The notes beneath the pieces were generated by a model that was not told the DNA's origin, ran no database searches, and worked only from the letters and a program-made list of their open reading frames with translations. From Ignavibacteriota bacterium (GTDB lineage: Bacteria > Bacteroidota > Ignavibacteria > UBA10030), in NCBI GenBank assembly GCA_963727825.1, contig CAVSHO010000009.1, positions 160,001 to 224,000 of the forward strand: a DNA stretch of 64,000 nucleotides. Reading direction: 5' to 3'. This document shows positions 54,500 to 64,000 of the stretch, in pieces (positions within the stretch are counted from its first letter, which is position 1; every line of letters starts with the position of its first letter). The translations under genes were made by a program, and so were the position numbers.

Positions 54500-55624
54500 A
54501 TGAAGAATATCATGGAAGACAAAATGAGTGAGAAACAATCAATTAATTTCTTGCGAGGGGTTCCGGCTGAAGAAGCCTTATCACGCCTTGTTCAAATTGC
54601 GGCAGATGGATACGGAAAGGTTATTAACCAATATGGAACGGATGTACTTCAATATGGCCATTTTACCGGGTTCAAGCCACTGCGGGATTTGATTGGCGGT
54701 TTCCATCATGTTAATCCGGAACGAGTTATCGTTGGCAATGGCGGCTTGGAAGTGATCTCGCTTTTTTTCAAATCTCTCCCCCGAGAAAGCATCATCATTG
54801 TTGAAGAAGCAAGTTACGATCGAGTATTACTCGACGCAAAGTGCTATGGACATCATTTGATCGGCATCAAATTGACACCGGAAGGGGTCGATTTGAACCA
54901 ATTCAGAAACGTCGCCAATAAGAACACGGTTGCAGCTTTTTATGGAATACCGTTTCATCAAAATCCAACAGGCATCAATTACACGGAAGAAAACCGAAAA
55001 GAAGTGGAACGCATTTGCCGGGAATATAACATCCTGTGCGTATGGGATATCTGTTATCAAGCCCTTCGGTATGATGGAAAAGCAAATGACTCGATAGAAG
55101 TCTCAGACTGGGGACCCATTTTAACAAGCTCCTTTACAAAAACGATCTCTCCAGGAACCAAATGCGGATATATGATAGTTCCCAATCATTATGTAGGGCA
55201 TCTATCCACCATTATAACCAATACACGCATAAATCCCAATTTACCGACTCAGGCATTTATAACCGATTTTATCGAATCGGGACAGTATAACGATTTCGTC
55301 AAATACTTGTGCAATTTATATAGACCGAGAATGAAGGTATTAAATACCGCGCTTAGTAATCTATTCCCTGGTGCATTTCCAGTTTTAATCACTGGTGGTT
55401 TTTTTGCCTCCCTTACCCTTGATAGTATTTCAAGTGAAAAAGAAACTTCTTTTATCGAATCCGCAAAACAAGCTGGTGTGCATGTAGCTGCTGCGTGGGA
55501 TGCTATTCCTCCAAACTGTATAGAAGAAAAACGCAAAAAGGGCCTTTTTATCAGATTGACTTTCCCGGCTTATGAGCCAGACAAGATTGAATGGGGCATT
55601 TCAAAGCTCAAAGATATAATTTAG
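54500..55624 (+). CDS. PLP-dependent aminotransferase class I/II
   Basis: FHQNPTG, DICY and SSFTKTISPG motifs. Confidence 0.88.
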   Translation: MKNIMEDKMSEKQSINFLRGVPAEEALSRLVQIAADGYGKVINQYGTDVLQYGHFTGFKPLRDLIGGFHHVNPERVIVGNGGLEVISLFFKSLPRESIIIVEEASYDRVLLDAKCYGHHLIGIKLTPEGVDLNQFRNVANKNTVAAFYGIPFHQNPTGINYTEENRKEVERICREYNILCVWDICYQALRYDGKANDSIEVSDWGPILTSSFTKTISPGTKCGYMIVPNHYVGHLSTIITNTRINPNLPTQAFITDFIESGQYNDFVKYLCNLYRPRMKVLNTALSNLFPGAFPVLITGGFFASLTLDSISSEKETSFIESAKQAGVHVAAAWDAIPPNCIEEKRKKGLFIRLTFPAYEPDKIEWGISKLKDII

Positions 55625-55688
55625 CATGTTGCTTGATTCAAAGTAGTTGTATCCAACGAGACGCTTAAATCAGGGTTATATTTATATC

Positions 55689-55762
55689 GCATAACATAGC
55701 GCTACACTCAACCGCCATGTTGCTATATCTAATAGCTGCTGGTAAGTTTATTCGATTGTTAT
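55689..55762 (+). repeat. Degenerate integron attC-like site
   Basis: GCATAAC-ATAGC-GCTACAC...GGTAAGT start; 21 of 27 nt identical to the start of the 54417 site. Confidence 0.5.
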
Positions 55763-55897
55763 CAAATTTCTACTAAAAAATATTTTATCAAATAAAAGAG
55801 TTATGTTAGAACTCGATGCAGAATATGATTGAGTGAATCGCGTTCTTATGAAAAGAGTATTAGCTTTTAATAAGTATTCGCATTATTTTTTTGATGA

Positions 55898-57004
55898 ATG
55901 GATAACAGTATGACAGAAACAACAGCCTCTCCTGTTCAGATATCGGGAGAATCTTCCAAGCCGCGTGTTACGAAGCGAGGAGTGGCCCTTGTCTTAGGTA
56001 TGTGGTCCATTTACACGCTACTTGATGTCTTCCCGCATGTTTTTCACCCTCATCACATTCCCTTTTTAGAAGTGTTGTTTTGGGAAACATGTCACGGTGC
56101 AGTGAAGTTTATTACAAGCATACCAGTCTGGTTCATCGTCATCCGGTGGATGTATAAAAAATCATGGTACTGGAAGGTCCTGGCACATGTAGTTCTTTTC
56201 CCACTCTACGGAATTGTGAATAGCGCGTATCAATACTATGTCGATATATGGTTTAAAAGCGGGTTGTATAGTGGACCGGTACAAAACGTGATCAGCTGGA
56301 TAGTGTATTTCAATTTGCTCACCTACATCATACAATTCGCTGTGTACCATGGATATGAAATCCTCAGGGAGCTGCGTATTAAAGAGAGAATCGCATTGCA
56401 GCTGTCAGCTCTTCAGAAGGAGCAGGAGCTTGCAACATTGAAATCGCAAATCAATCCTCATTTTCTCTTTAACACACTCAATAGCATTAGTGCGATGGTC
56501 TCAACAAATACAGAAGAAACACGTACCATGATTGCACAGCTTGCCGATCTGCTCAGGTATATAATAGAAGGTTTTAAAATTGATCTGGTGCCCTTGAGAG
56601 CGGAGCTACAATTTATTAAGGATTATGTCAATTTGGAATCGAAGAGGATGGGTGATAGACTCGTAACTGAGTTTCAGGTCAATCAATCACTCGCTACATT
56701 TCCAATACCGCCGATGATTCTCCAACCACTTGTCGAGAATTCAATTAAGCATGGAATTTCGCCGCTTGAAGAGGGAGGGAAGGTTACAGTGCAAATTCAG
56801 AAGAATAAGGATTCAGTTACATTTCGAGTTTTTGATACGGGTGTAGGTTTATCGTCTACTGATCCGTTGTCGACAACGAGCGGTATCGGTTTGAAAAACA
56901 TAGATACTCGATTGCGAAGGATTTATGGCGATTCAGCCGGGCTCAAAATTAGTTCACTAAAGAATTCCGGATGTGAAGTCGCTTTCGTACTGCCAGCAAA
57001 ATGA
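55898..57004 (+). CDS. LytS-family sensor histidine kinase
   Basis: LKSQINPHFLFNTLNSI, LQPLVENSIKHG and GIGLKNI motifs. Confidence 0.93.
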   Translation: MDNSMTETTASPVQISGESSKPRVTKRGVALVLGMWSIYTLLDVFPHVFHPHHIPFLEVLFWETCHGAVKFITSIPVWFIVIRWMYKKSWYWKVLAHVVLFPLYGIVNSAYQYYVDIWFKSGLYSGPVQNVISWIVYFNLLTYIIQFAVYHGYEILRELRIKERIALQLSALQKEQELATLKSQINPHFLFNTLNSISAMVSTNTEETRTMIAQLADLLRYIIEGFKIDLVPLRAELQFIKDYVNLESKRMGDRLVTEFQVNQSLATFPIPPMILQPLVENSIKHGISPLEEGGKVTVQIQKNKDSVTFRVFDTGVGLSSTDPLSTTSGIGLKNIDTRLRRIYGDSAGLKISSLKNSGCEVAFVLPAK

Positions 57005-57753
57005 CAAAAAATTTTTCAACTATAATAGTTGATGACGAGCCTTTAGCTCGAAAAATGATTAAAGAATATCTCCAGGATTTTCCCGAAATAAAAATAGCTG
57101 GGGAGTGTAAAAATGGTAAGCAGGCGGTTAAAGCAATCAACGAGGACAAACCCGATATAGTGTTTCTTGATATTCGCATGCCCGGTATGGATGGATTTGA
57201 AGTTCTGGAACATATAGATCCTATGCCCCGTATCATTTTTACAACAGCATACGGTGATTATGCGCTGAAAGCTTTCGAGGTAAATGCAGTTGATTATCTT
57301 CTCAAGCCATATGATAGGAAAAGATTTTCTGAAGCTATTCAAAAAGTAATTTACCGAAGCGCAAAACCCAATAACGAGATAGAAAGAATTTTGCGTGTAC
57401 TGCAGCAATCGAAGGAACCGGAAGATTATCTAAAACGCATCTTTGTCCGTGTTGGAAGGAAGATTATTTCGGTTCAGATGCATGATATTTTATGGATTGA
57501 AGCCGATGGAGACTATACCCAATTACACACCAATAGTGGTACTCACGTCTGTAACTTAAGCATGAATACACTCGAACAAAGATTAGATTCCAAAGAGTTT
57601 TTACGTGTACATCGTTCCCATATAATTGCAGCAAGCTCAATCGACCATCTTGAAGCAGATGATGAAGGAGGGTTCATAGCTTTTTTGAAGGATAAATCTA
57701 CAGTGAAGATAAGTCGAACATATGGAGCGAAGTTACGAGGGATTATGTGGTGA
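57001..57753 (+). CDS. LytTR-family response regulator
   Basis: DDEPLAR, FLDIRMP, DYLLKP and FLRVHRS motifs. Confidence 0.95.
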   Translation: MTKNFSTIIVDDEPLARKMIKEYLQDFPEIKIAGECKNGKQAVKAINEDKPDIVFLDIRMPGMDGFEVLEHIDPMPRIIFTTAYGDYALKAFEVNAVDYLLKPYDRKRFSEAIQKVIYRSAKPNNEIERILRVLQQSKEPEDYLKRIFVRVGRKIISVQMHDILWIEADGDYTQLHTNSGTHVCNLSMNTLEQRLDSKEFLRVHRSHIIAASSIDHLEADDEGGFIAFLKDKSTVKISRTYGAKLRGIMW

Positions 57754-57929
57754 TTTGTCAATTCGTGATTTTCAATCTTCCCTTCTACAAACTTAATTGA
57801 TTTCTTCCAAACAAAGTCCGTCGGGATCCCTAACAGCATAGATTACAATTCAGGCAAGGGATACGGTGGGTTGAAAATAGATATATAGAATCCGGAAGAT
57901 CGGTTCGGAGGAATTTCATAATTTTGCGA

Positions 57930-57981
57930 GCATTACAACATGAACTTCCGCAGTTTAGCGACTTATTCCGCAATTCAACGA
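57930..57981 (+). promoter_or_regulatory. Putative LytTR direct-repeat binding sites
   Basis: TTCCGCAGTTTAGCGA (57946) and TTCCGCAATTCAACGA (57966) at a 20-bp period, with a weaker GCATTACAAC at 57930. Confidence 0.55.
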
Positions 57982-58039
57982 AATTTAATGGAAATTTTGA
58001 GAATTGTGTTGTACGTTTTTGCGAAACAAGGAGGTTCTT

Positions 58040-59800
58040 ATGAAAAAGGTACTATTACTTTTCACGGTGTCTCTTCTTCTGCCGATAGTTTCGGTTTTTT
58101 CCCAGACCTTGAGTGATTATGTCTTGCAAACACGCGGCGACACCCTTGTAGTAAAAGATGATAATGATTATGGCGCCCCAAATACTCTATATTCTCTTAT
58201 GCAAGCAGATACAGTTAATGTTCCCGCAGGGCGTGTATATTTGCTGCACAATAAGGGAATTTACTCCCTTATAAATAATCCTACATCTTCAGCAAAGCAA
58301 AAAACTATTATTATGGGTGAAACGCAAACATCTTTAAAAGTAAATAAAGGTGATGCACCACCGGTTCTCCAGGGCGCTGTTTGGGCAGGTGGTACCTCTA
58401 CAGGAGGTATAAATAGCGGTTATGACCTGATTGTAAAAAACTGTGATGTTGAAATAGGTAATTCTGCCGGCGGAGAAGGATGGGCCTTCTTTGGTCTTTC
58501 AGGGCCCGGCCTAAGAATTCAAGTAGATAACTGTATTGTAGAGCATAATTATTGGACAATTCTTGGCGGCCCGCCCATTAATTCAAGAATATTTTTTACG
58601 AACGATTACTTTGTAAATTTTGATGGTCATACCTGCCGTCGCACTGGCGGTGTTTTAGACTTCTTTGTAAACCAGGATACAATTTTTGTTGAAAATTGTA
58701 CTCACGTGAATATACAGGGCAGTGAGTATAAAGCAAGGCCCACATATAAAATCAATAGATATCTTTTTAACCACAATGACTTTATTGATTGCTCCGGTTA
58801 TATTTTTATGAATAACGGCGATCATCCGAATTTCAGTGTTACAAATAATATTTTTGTAAACGTCCAGGTACAAGGTTTTGCGCCGGTCCTTTCAAATGTT
58901 GATGTAAATGAAACTGATCCGGGTAACCTTCCTATGGGTCTTGTTAACCTATTTGATGATTCTGCTTTTACTGCAAACGGTGCAAGTTTTTATGCTGACA
59001 AAAATTTAGCTTATTGGGATCCATCTCTTTCTGATGTGGCTTCAACATTAAATGCTGCTAAAGTAGATGGTGCTACAAATTGGTACTCCCAAATGATCAC
59101 AATGAATTCAAGAACTCAAGCAATGTTCAACAATAAAACGAAATATCCTAAGCTTACAAATGGTACATGGTTTCTAAATGAATTACCTAATTTTAAAAAT
59201 ACGGATGTTTTGTTTACAACCCAGCTGGCAATATTAAAAGCATGGTCACTAAATTGTGTTGATACAAATAATACGGAGACATTGGCATCCTGGCGTCAAC
59301 CAACTAACCCTGAAAGTCAATATTTCACGCATGCAGATTGGCCGATTCCGATTGATCTTTCTTATACTAATTCCGATTTATTAACCGCAGGCCTTAATGG
59401 ATTCCCGGTTGGCGACTTAGATTGGTTCCCAAGTCAATATGCATCATGGAAAGCTCAAGAAAGTGCTGAATTGGCAAATATTAACAATGTTTTGACTGCT
59501 GGAGTTACTGCTGTTGAAAAAGCCCCAGGGGTTCCTCAGCAATTCCAATTGCAGCAAAATTATCCGAATCCGTTCAATCCAACGACGAAGATCGAGTATC
59601 AACTCCCAGCTGCAGGTCATGTAACACTGAAGGTTTACGATGTTCTGGGGAGAGAAGTGCAAACACTTGTCAACGAAGGTCAGAACGCGGGGAATCATTC
59701 GATAACTTTCAACGCAATCAATCTGCCGAGTGGAATATATCTCTATAGACTTCAGTCTGGGAATTATAATGCTGCGAAGAAGCTTTTGTTTTTAAAATGA
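58040..59800 (+). CDS. Secreted protein with a T9SS type-A C-terminal sorting domain
   Basis: RBS AAGGAGG, signal peptide, Asn-rich beta-helix-like body, and LQQNYPNPFNPTT...SGIYLYRL. Confidence 0.9.
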   Translation: MKKVLLLFTVSLLLPIVSVFSQTLSDYVLQTRGDTLVVKDDNDYGAPNTLYSLMQADTVNVPAGRVYLLHNKGIYSLINNPTSSAKQKTIIMGETQTSLKVNKGDAPPVLQGAVWAGGTSTGGINSGYDLIVKNCDVEIGNSAGGEGWAFFGLSGPGLRIQVDNCIVEHNYWTILGGPPINSRIFFTNDYFVNFDGHTCRRTGGVLDFFVNQDTIFVENCTHVNIQGSEYKARPTYKINRYLFNHNDFIDCSGYIFMNNGDHPNFSVTNNIFVNVQVQGFAPVLSNVDVNETDPGNLPMGLVNLFDDSAFTANGASFYADKNLAYWDPSLSDVASTLNAAKVDGATNWYSQMITMNSRTQAMFNNKTKYPKLTNGTWFLNELPNFKNTDVLFTTQLAILKAWSLNCVDTNNTETLASWRQPTNPESQYFTHADWPIPIDLSYTNSDLLTAGLNGFPVGDLDWFPSQYASWKAQESAELANINNVLTAGVTAVEKAPGVPQQFQLQQNYPNPFNPTTKIEYQLPAAGHVTLKVYDVLGREVQTLVNEGQNAGNHSITFNAINLPSGIYLYRLQSGNYNAAKKLLFLK

Positions 59801-59811
59801 GAGGTTCCCCG

Positions 59812-59836
59812 CTGTGCCGGAGTTCAACTCCGGCAC
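59812..59836. terminator. Hairpin between convergent genes
   Basis: TGTGCCGGAGTT-C-AACTCCGGCACA. Confidence 0.6.
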
Positions 59837-59858
59837 AACAAAGGAGAATGAAAGAGAA

Positions 59859-60392
59859 TTAGATAAGTTGTTGCTTTAAAAATAAAGCGCATTCTTCCGG
59901 TGACGAAGCGCAATGAATAAACTTTGTACAATCACCAACACCTTCCCACAACAATTCCTTTCGCAATGTCTCAACAACGCCGCTCCAAAAGTCACCGATA
60001 ATCACAATCGGTTTCTCTGTAAGCAGACCTTTATTGATGAATTCCCACACGGCAGCAAGTTCGAGTAATGTCCCGGTTCCACCTTTCAATACAACGTACG
60101 CATCACCCAATTCCACAAGCTTCATCATCCGATCAATTAAGGCAGGAACATGAATATTTTTATCAATCCAAGAATTGGCTGCACGATCTTTGATATTAAA
60201 AGTAACTCCGATGGTCTTGCCGCCTGCCTCTTTCGCGCCGCGAGCTGACGCTTCCATAATGCCGCCGAATCCGCCATTGCATATTGTAAAACCGTCGAGC
60301 GAGAGTAGTTTTCCAACTTCGTACGCTAATTGATATTCCTCATCGCCCCTGATAGGGCGTGAGCTTCCAAAAATTGTTATTACTTTACTCAT
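59859..60392 (-). CDS. LOG family protein
   Basis: IFGSS, GGFGGIMEA and GGTGTLLEL motifs. Confidence 0.9.
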   Translation of the reverse strand: MSKVITIFGSSRPIRGDEEYQLAYEVGKLLSLDGFTICNGGFGGIMEASARGAKEAGGKTIGVTFNIKDRAANSWIDKNIHVPALIDRMMKLVELGDAYVVLKGGTGTLLELAAVWEFINKGLLTEKPIVIIGDFWSGVVETLRKELLWEGVGDCTKFIHCASSPEECALFLKQQLI

Positions 60393-60442
60393 CGAAATTC
60401 CAATATATATTCTCAATAAGTTGGGATTACTTCCTTTTTATG

Positions 60443-60511
60443 ACCTCACCCCCGCCTGCCAAAGCAAGCTTTGTGCGGCGGGCAGGCTAACCCTCTCCTA
60501 TGAGGAGAGGG
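60443..60511. repeat. REP-like element interrupted by a GC hairpin insert
   Basis: CCTCACCC[CCGCCTGCC...GCGGGCAGG]CTAACCCTCTCC-TATGA-GGAGAGGG. Confidence 0.6.
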
Positions 60512-60614
60512 AATTATTCCAACATTTAAAAAATTGAGTAACTCTGACCAAGAGGGATTGCATAAGAATTGATCAACCTTTAATACACATTCATCATTCT
60601 TCATTGATCACTGA

Positions 60615-61619
60615 TCAATGGGCGCCTTCGCCGCGTGTATCGCGAAGCATGAGATCAAGTGTCGCTTGACGGGGATTTTTATCTTCAAAAAGTACTTTAT
60701 AGACTTCTTCCGCCATCGGCATATCGACGTGATGCTTCTGTGCAAGTTGATGAACAGACTTCGCAGTGGCGACTCCTTCTGCAATCATTGTCATATCGCT
60801 CAGCACTTCGGCGACATTTCTGCCTTTCCCAATTTCCTCACCGACAAAGCGATTGCGGCTATGGTGGCTCATACAAGTGACAATCAAATCTCCCATGCCA
60901 GAAAGGCCCGCGAATGTTATTGGTTGAGCTCCCATTTTAGCGCCAAGCCGTGTAATCTCATAGATTCCACGCGTCATAATTGCCGCCTTCGTATTATCTC
61001 CAAAGCCAGCGCCATCGCTTAAGCCGGCTCCAATTGCAATAACATTCTTAATAGCACCGCCCAATTCAACTCCGCGAATGTCTTCATTCACATATACGCG
61101 GAAGTAATCATTCACAAACGCTTCCTGCACAACTTTTGCTGTTTTCAACTTAAAAGATGCCGACACAACCATCGTCGGTATTTTCAAGCTGACTTCTTCT
61201 GCATGACTTGGCCCGGAGAGAATCGCAATATTCTCACGGCGCTCATGCATAAGCACATCCAATAAAACTTCGGACATTGTCATCAAAGAACCATTCTCAA
61301 TGCCTTTAGCGACATTACATATGACCGTATGTTGTAAATCGAGATGAGCGATGCGTTGAAGAACAGAGCGAAGAAATTGAGACGGCACTGCCGCGACAAT
61401 CATATCGCGTTCATGGCATGAAGCTTCGATATCGGTCGTAATTTTTATTTCAGATGGAAGGACAACACCGGGAAGAAACTGAGGGTTCTGATGCTTCTTG
61501 CGAATGAGATCTGCTTGATCGCTGTCGAACGTCCAAAGATTGACGTCGTGATGGTTGTCGTATAAAACGAGAGCAAGCGTAGTTCCCCAACCGCCTGCAC
61601 CAAGAACAGTGATCTTCAT
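60615..61619 (-). CDS. gpsA: NAD(P)H-dependent glycerol-3-phosphate dehydrogenase
   Basis: GAGGWGT, KGIE, SGPSHAEEV, GGAIKNVIA and GDLIVTC.S.HSRN motifs. Confidence 0.96.
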   Translation of the reverse strand: MKITVLGAGGWGTTLALVLYDNHHDVNLWTFDSDQADLIRKKHQNPQFLPGVVLPSEIKITTDIEASCHERDMIVAAVPSQFLRSVLQRIAHLDLQHTVICNVAKGIENGSLMTMSEVLLDVLMHERRENIAILSGPSHAEEVSLKIPTMVVSASFKLKTAKVVQEAFVNDYFRVYVNEDIRGVELGGAIKNVIAIGAGLSDGAGFGDNTKAAIMTRGIYEITRLGAKMGAQPITFAGLSGMGDLIVTCMSHHSRNRFVGEEIGKGRNVAEVLSDMTMIAEGVATAKSVHQLAQKHHVDMPMAEEVYKVLFEDKNPRQATLDLMLRDTRGEGAH

Positions 61620-61676
61620 ATCATTGACGGCACATTAGATTAGAAATTCAGTGACTTCCTCAGAATTTAACGTAGA

Positions 61677-62360
61677 TTAGGGTTCAACTGAGTCAGTCCT
61701 GCTTTTAGAACTTGTTATTTTCCGTTCAGTTCCTTCAATCAATCGCTTGATATTGGCGCGGTGTGAATAAATAAGGAAGAGTGCAATGCCGGTACTGAAG
61801 AATACCAATGTTTTGTAACTGTGAATTTCGTCCGAGAGAATATTGTACCGAATGATAAGCGATAACGGAAAAGATGCCGCCGCCATAATGGAACCCAGCG
61901 AAACATATTTGAATGCATATAAAAAGATAAGGAACACTGCTATAGAAACCGCAAATTCCGTCGGTGCAATACCGATTAGCATTCCTGCACCCGTCGCAAT
62001 ACCTTTTCCACCCTTGAATCCTGCAAACATAGTCCACACATGACCAATTACTGCTGCACCACCGCAAATCATTTGGATAATAGTGAAATCATCAAAAGGC
62101 GTGTGATTATAAAACGGCAATGTCGGATCCCAGAACAAACGTGCAACAACTGTCGTTGCAATAACACCTTTTAATACGTCCACAATAATAACGAACATAC
62201 CTGATTTCCAGCCGAGAACTCGGAATACATTGGTGCCGCCTGCATTGCCGCTCCCTTTACTGCGAATATCAAAACCATGCCGCCACTTGGAAAGCATGAC
62301 GCTTGTCGGAATCGATCCCACGATATAACTTAAAAGCACAACAATAACCATATTTATCAT
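61677..62360 (-). CDS. plsY: Glycerol-3-phosphate acyltransferase
   Basis: GSIP, GSGNAGGTN..R, GH...F.GGKG and HRANI.RL..G.E motifs. Confidence 0.96.
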   Translation of the reverse strand: MINMVIVVLLSYIVGSIPTSVMLSKWRHGFDIRSKGSGNAGGTNVFRVLGWKSGMFVIIVDVLKGVIATTVVARLFWDPTLPFYNHTPFDDFTIIQMICGGAAVIGHVWTMFAGFKGGKGIATGAGMLIGIAPTEFAVSIAVFLIFLYAFKYVSLGSIMAAASFPLSLIIRYNILSDEIHSYKTLVFFSTGIALFLIYSHRANIKRLIEGTERKITSSKSRTDSVEP

Positions 62361-62427
62361 ACATCATTCCTTTATTCAAACTTCAACAATCATATATAAG
62401 ATATTCAATTTGACACGAAGAAGCAAC

Positions 62428-63147
62428 TTATATCCATCCTTTCATTCGCCAACGCTCCAAAATAAGCAATCCAAATTCTAAATCTTCCGGTGTTGTGATT
62501 TTAATATTGTCATAACTTCCCTCAACAATCCGAATTTTCACATCAAGCCGCTCTACAAGTGCTGCTTCATCAGTCGAATAAAACTTGTCCTTTTTCGCTT
62601 TTTCGAACGCCTTCACCAATAATTTCGCGCGAAATGCCTGCGGTGTTTGAATCAACCAAAGCGCTGTTCGATCTAATGTTTGATCAAAAAAGCCGCCCCC
62701 AGTTGAACGCCGAATCGTATCTTTCGGCTGAACTGCCAGCACCGCTGCATCATATTCTTTGCATACTTTTAAAAGATGTGTAATGCGTTTTGTTTCAATA
62801 AACGGTCTCACGCCATCGTGCACAAGAACGATGTCTGATTCTTTCATCACCAACCGGTTCAGTACATTGCGAACCGAATCCTGTCGCTTCGCACCGCCCA
62901 GCACCATTTTGCTGACCTTGTGCAGCCGGAACCGCTCAACAATTGCTTCCATTTCAGACATCGCCGACTCAGGAAGAGCCAGAGCAACCTCATCAACATC
63001 CGGACAATGTTCGAATTGCTGAAGCGTATGTACGATGATTGGTTTGCCATTCAACGGTAGAAACTGCTTTTTAATATCTCCACCAATTCGTGTGCCAGAT
63101 CCAGCGGCTGGAATAATTGCAAATACTTTTGGTCTTGATTTCGACAT
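62428..63147 (-). CDS. ispD: 2-C-methyl-D-erythritol 4-phosphate cytidylyltransferase
   Basis: PAAGSGTR, RQDSV, VHDGVRP, QTPQAF and NIKITTPED motifs. Confidence 0.95.
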   Translation of the reverse strand: MSKSRPKVFAIIPAAGSGTRIGGDIKKQFLPLNGKPIIVHTLQQFEHCPDVDEVALALPESAMSEMEAIVERFRLHKVSKMVLGGAKRQDSVRNVLNRLVMKESDIVLVHDGVRPFIETKRITHLLKVCKEYDAAVLAVQPKDTIRRSTGGGFFDQTLDRTALWLIQTPQAFRAKLLVKAFEKAKKDKFYSTDEAALVERLDVKIRIVEGSYDNIKITTPEDLEFGLLILERWRMKGWI

Positions 63148-63265
63148 TTCTACAACGTTCCTCAGATGTTAGAAGTTCTTGCAATAAAAATCAGGAGGGA
63201 GTTCTATTCCTAATTATAATTTCATAAGAAATAGAACACCCTCCTAAAACTGACCATCAGACAAC

Positions 63266-64000
63266 TTAGACAATCAACATTGCATCGCCATAGCTGTAAA
63301 AGCGGTATTCTTCCTTAATTGCCTTCTTGTACCCATGCATTAAGAATTCGTGTCCAGCAAACGCGCCTGCCAGCATCAACAGCGTTGATTCAGGCAGGTG
63401 GAAATTCGTAATCAACTTATCTGTAACCTTGAAACTGTACGGCGGAAAAATGAACTTGTCAGTCCATCCTCTTGCCGGTTTCACATGCCCATCAACCGTT
63501 ACACTGGATTCCAATGCACGGCAAGTACTTGTGCCAACAACAAATACATTATGTTTTGAGTCGATTGTCTTATTGATGATATTTGCTGTCTCGCTTGTAA
63601 TCTCGAAATATTCAGAATCCATTTTGTGCTTCGTAAGATCTTCCACTTCAACCGTGCGAAATGTTCCAAGACCTATATGCAGTACAACCGGCGCAACTTT
63701 GATGCCTTTTGCTTCTAGTTTTTTTAGAAGTGCTTTTGTAAAATGCAATCCAGCAGTCGGCGCCGCAACAGCACCAACTACGCGAGCATATACCGTCTGA
63801 TAACTATCTTTATCCTTATAGGTTGCATCCCGCTTGATATAATGAGGCAACGGCGTCAGTCCAATGCGATCGATGATCTTAAAAAAGTCACCTTTGTGAT
63901 TGAAACGTACTGTGCGTCCGCGCGAAGTTGTATTGTCGATTACTTCGCACCAGAGTTTGCCGTCATCAAAATAAATTTTATTACCGATACGTACTTTACG
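63266..64000 (-). CDS. queA: S-adenosylmethionine:tRNA ribosyltransferase-isomerase (5' part outside the window)
   Basis: YQTVYA, AVAAPTAGLHFT, TNFHLPESTL and YRFYSYGDAMLI motifs. Confidence 0.96.
   Translation of the reverse strand, partial: RKVRIGNKIYFDDGKLWCEVIDNTTSRGRTVRFNHKGDFFKIIDRIGLTPLPHYIKRDATYKDKDSYQTVYARVVGAVAAPTAGLHFTKALLKKLEAKGIKVAPVVLHIGLGTFRTVEVEDLTKHKMDSEYFEITSETANIINKTIDSKHNVFVVGTSTCRALESSVTVDGHVKPARGWTDKFIFPPYSFKVTDKLITNFHLPESTLLMLAGAFAGHEFLMHGYKKAIKEEYRFYSYGDAMLIV

Overview
A 64-kb stretch of core chromosome, most likely from an Ignavibacteria/Bacteroidota-lineage bacterium (inferred from the QNYPNPFNPTT-type T9SS sorting domain and gene content). Housekeeping genes include galK-galT, xdhA/B/C, rlmD, a phosphomutase, eno, murA, purA, speB, thyX-folA, uppP, hemW, gmd, gpsA, plsY, ispD and queA. 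There are also two ECF sigma/anti-sigma modules, a LytS/LytTR pair, and one tRNA-Leu(CAG). About ten otherwise intact genes carry single-base frameshifts, probably long-read indel errors. The main unusual signals are: (1) at the left edge, a signalling locus I do not recognise as characterised, made of two paralogous CPPxC-motif small proteins, a multi-pass membrane protein and a probable sensor-kinase start; (2) a 346-bp unit of 5' tRNA fragment plus GIY-YIG nuclease gene, repeated in tandem in front of the intact tRNA-Leu; (3) a family of very small (about 18-45 bp) GC-rich hairpin inserts in tRNA fragments, a terminator, other repeats and in-frame inside rlmD and hemW; (4) REP-like doublets and MITEs; (5) decayed integron attC-like sites around AT-rich accessory genes; (6) a four-helix-bundle gene with inverted heptamer flanks wedged between xdhA and xdhB. 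All calls come from reading the sequence; no searches were run.
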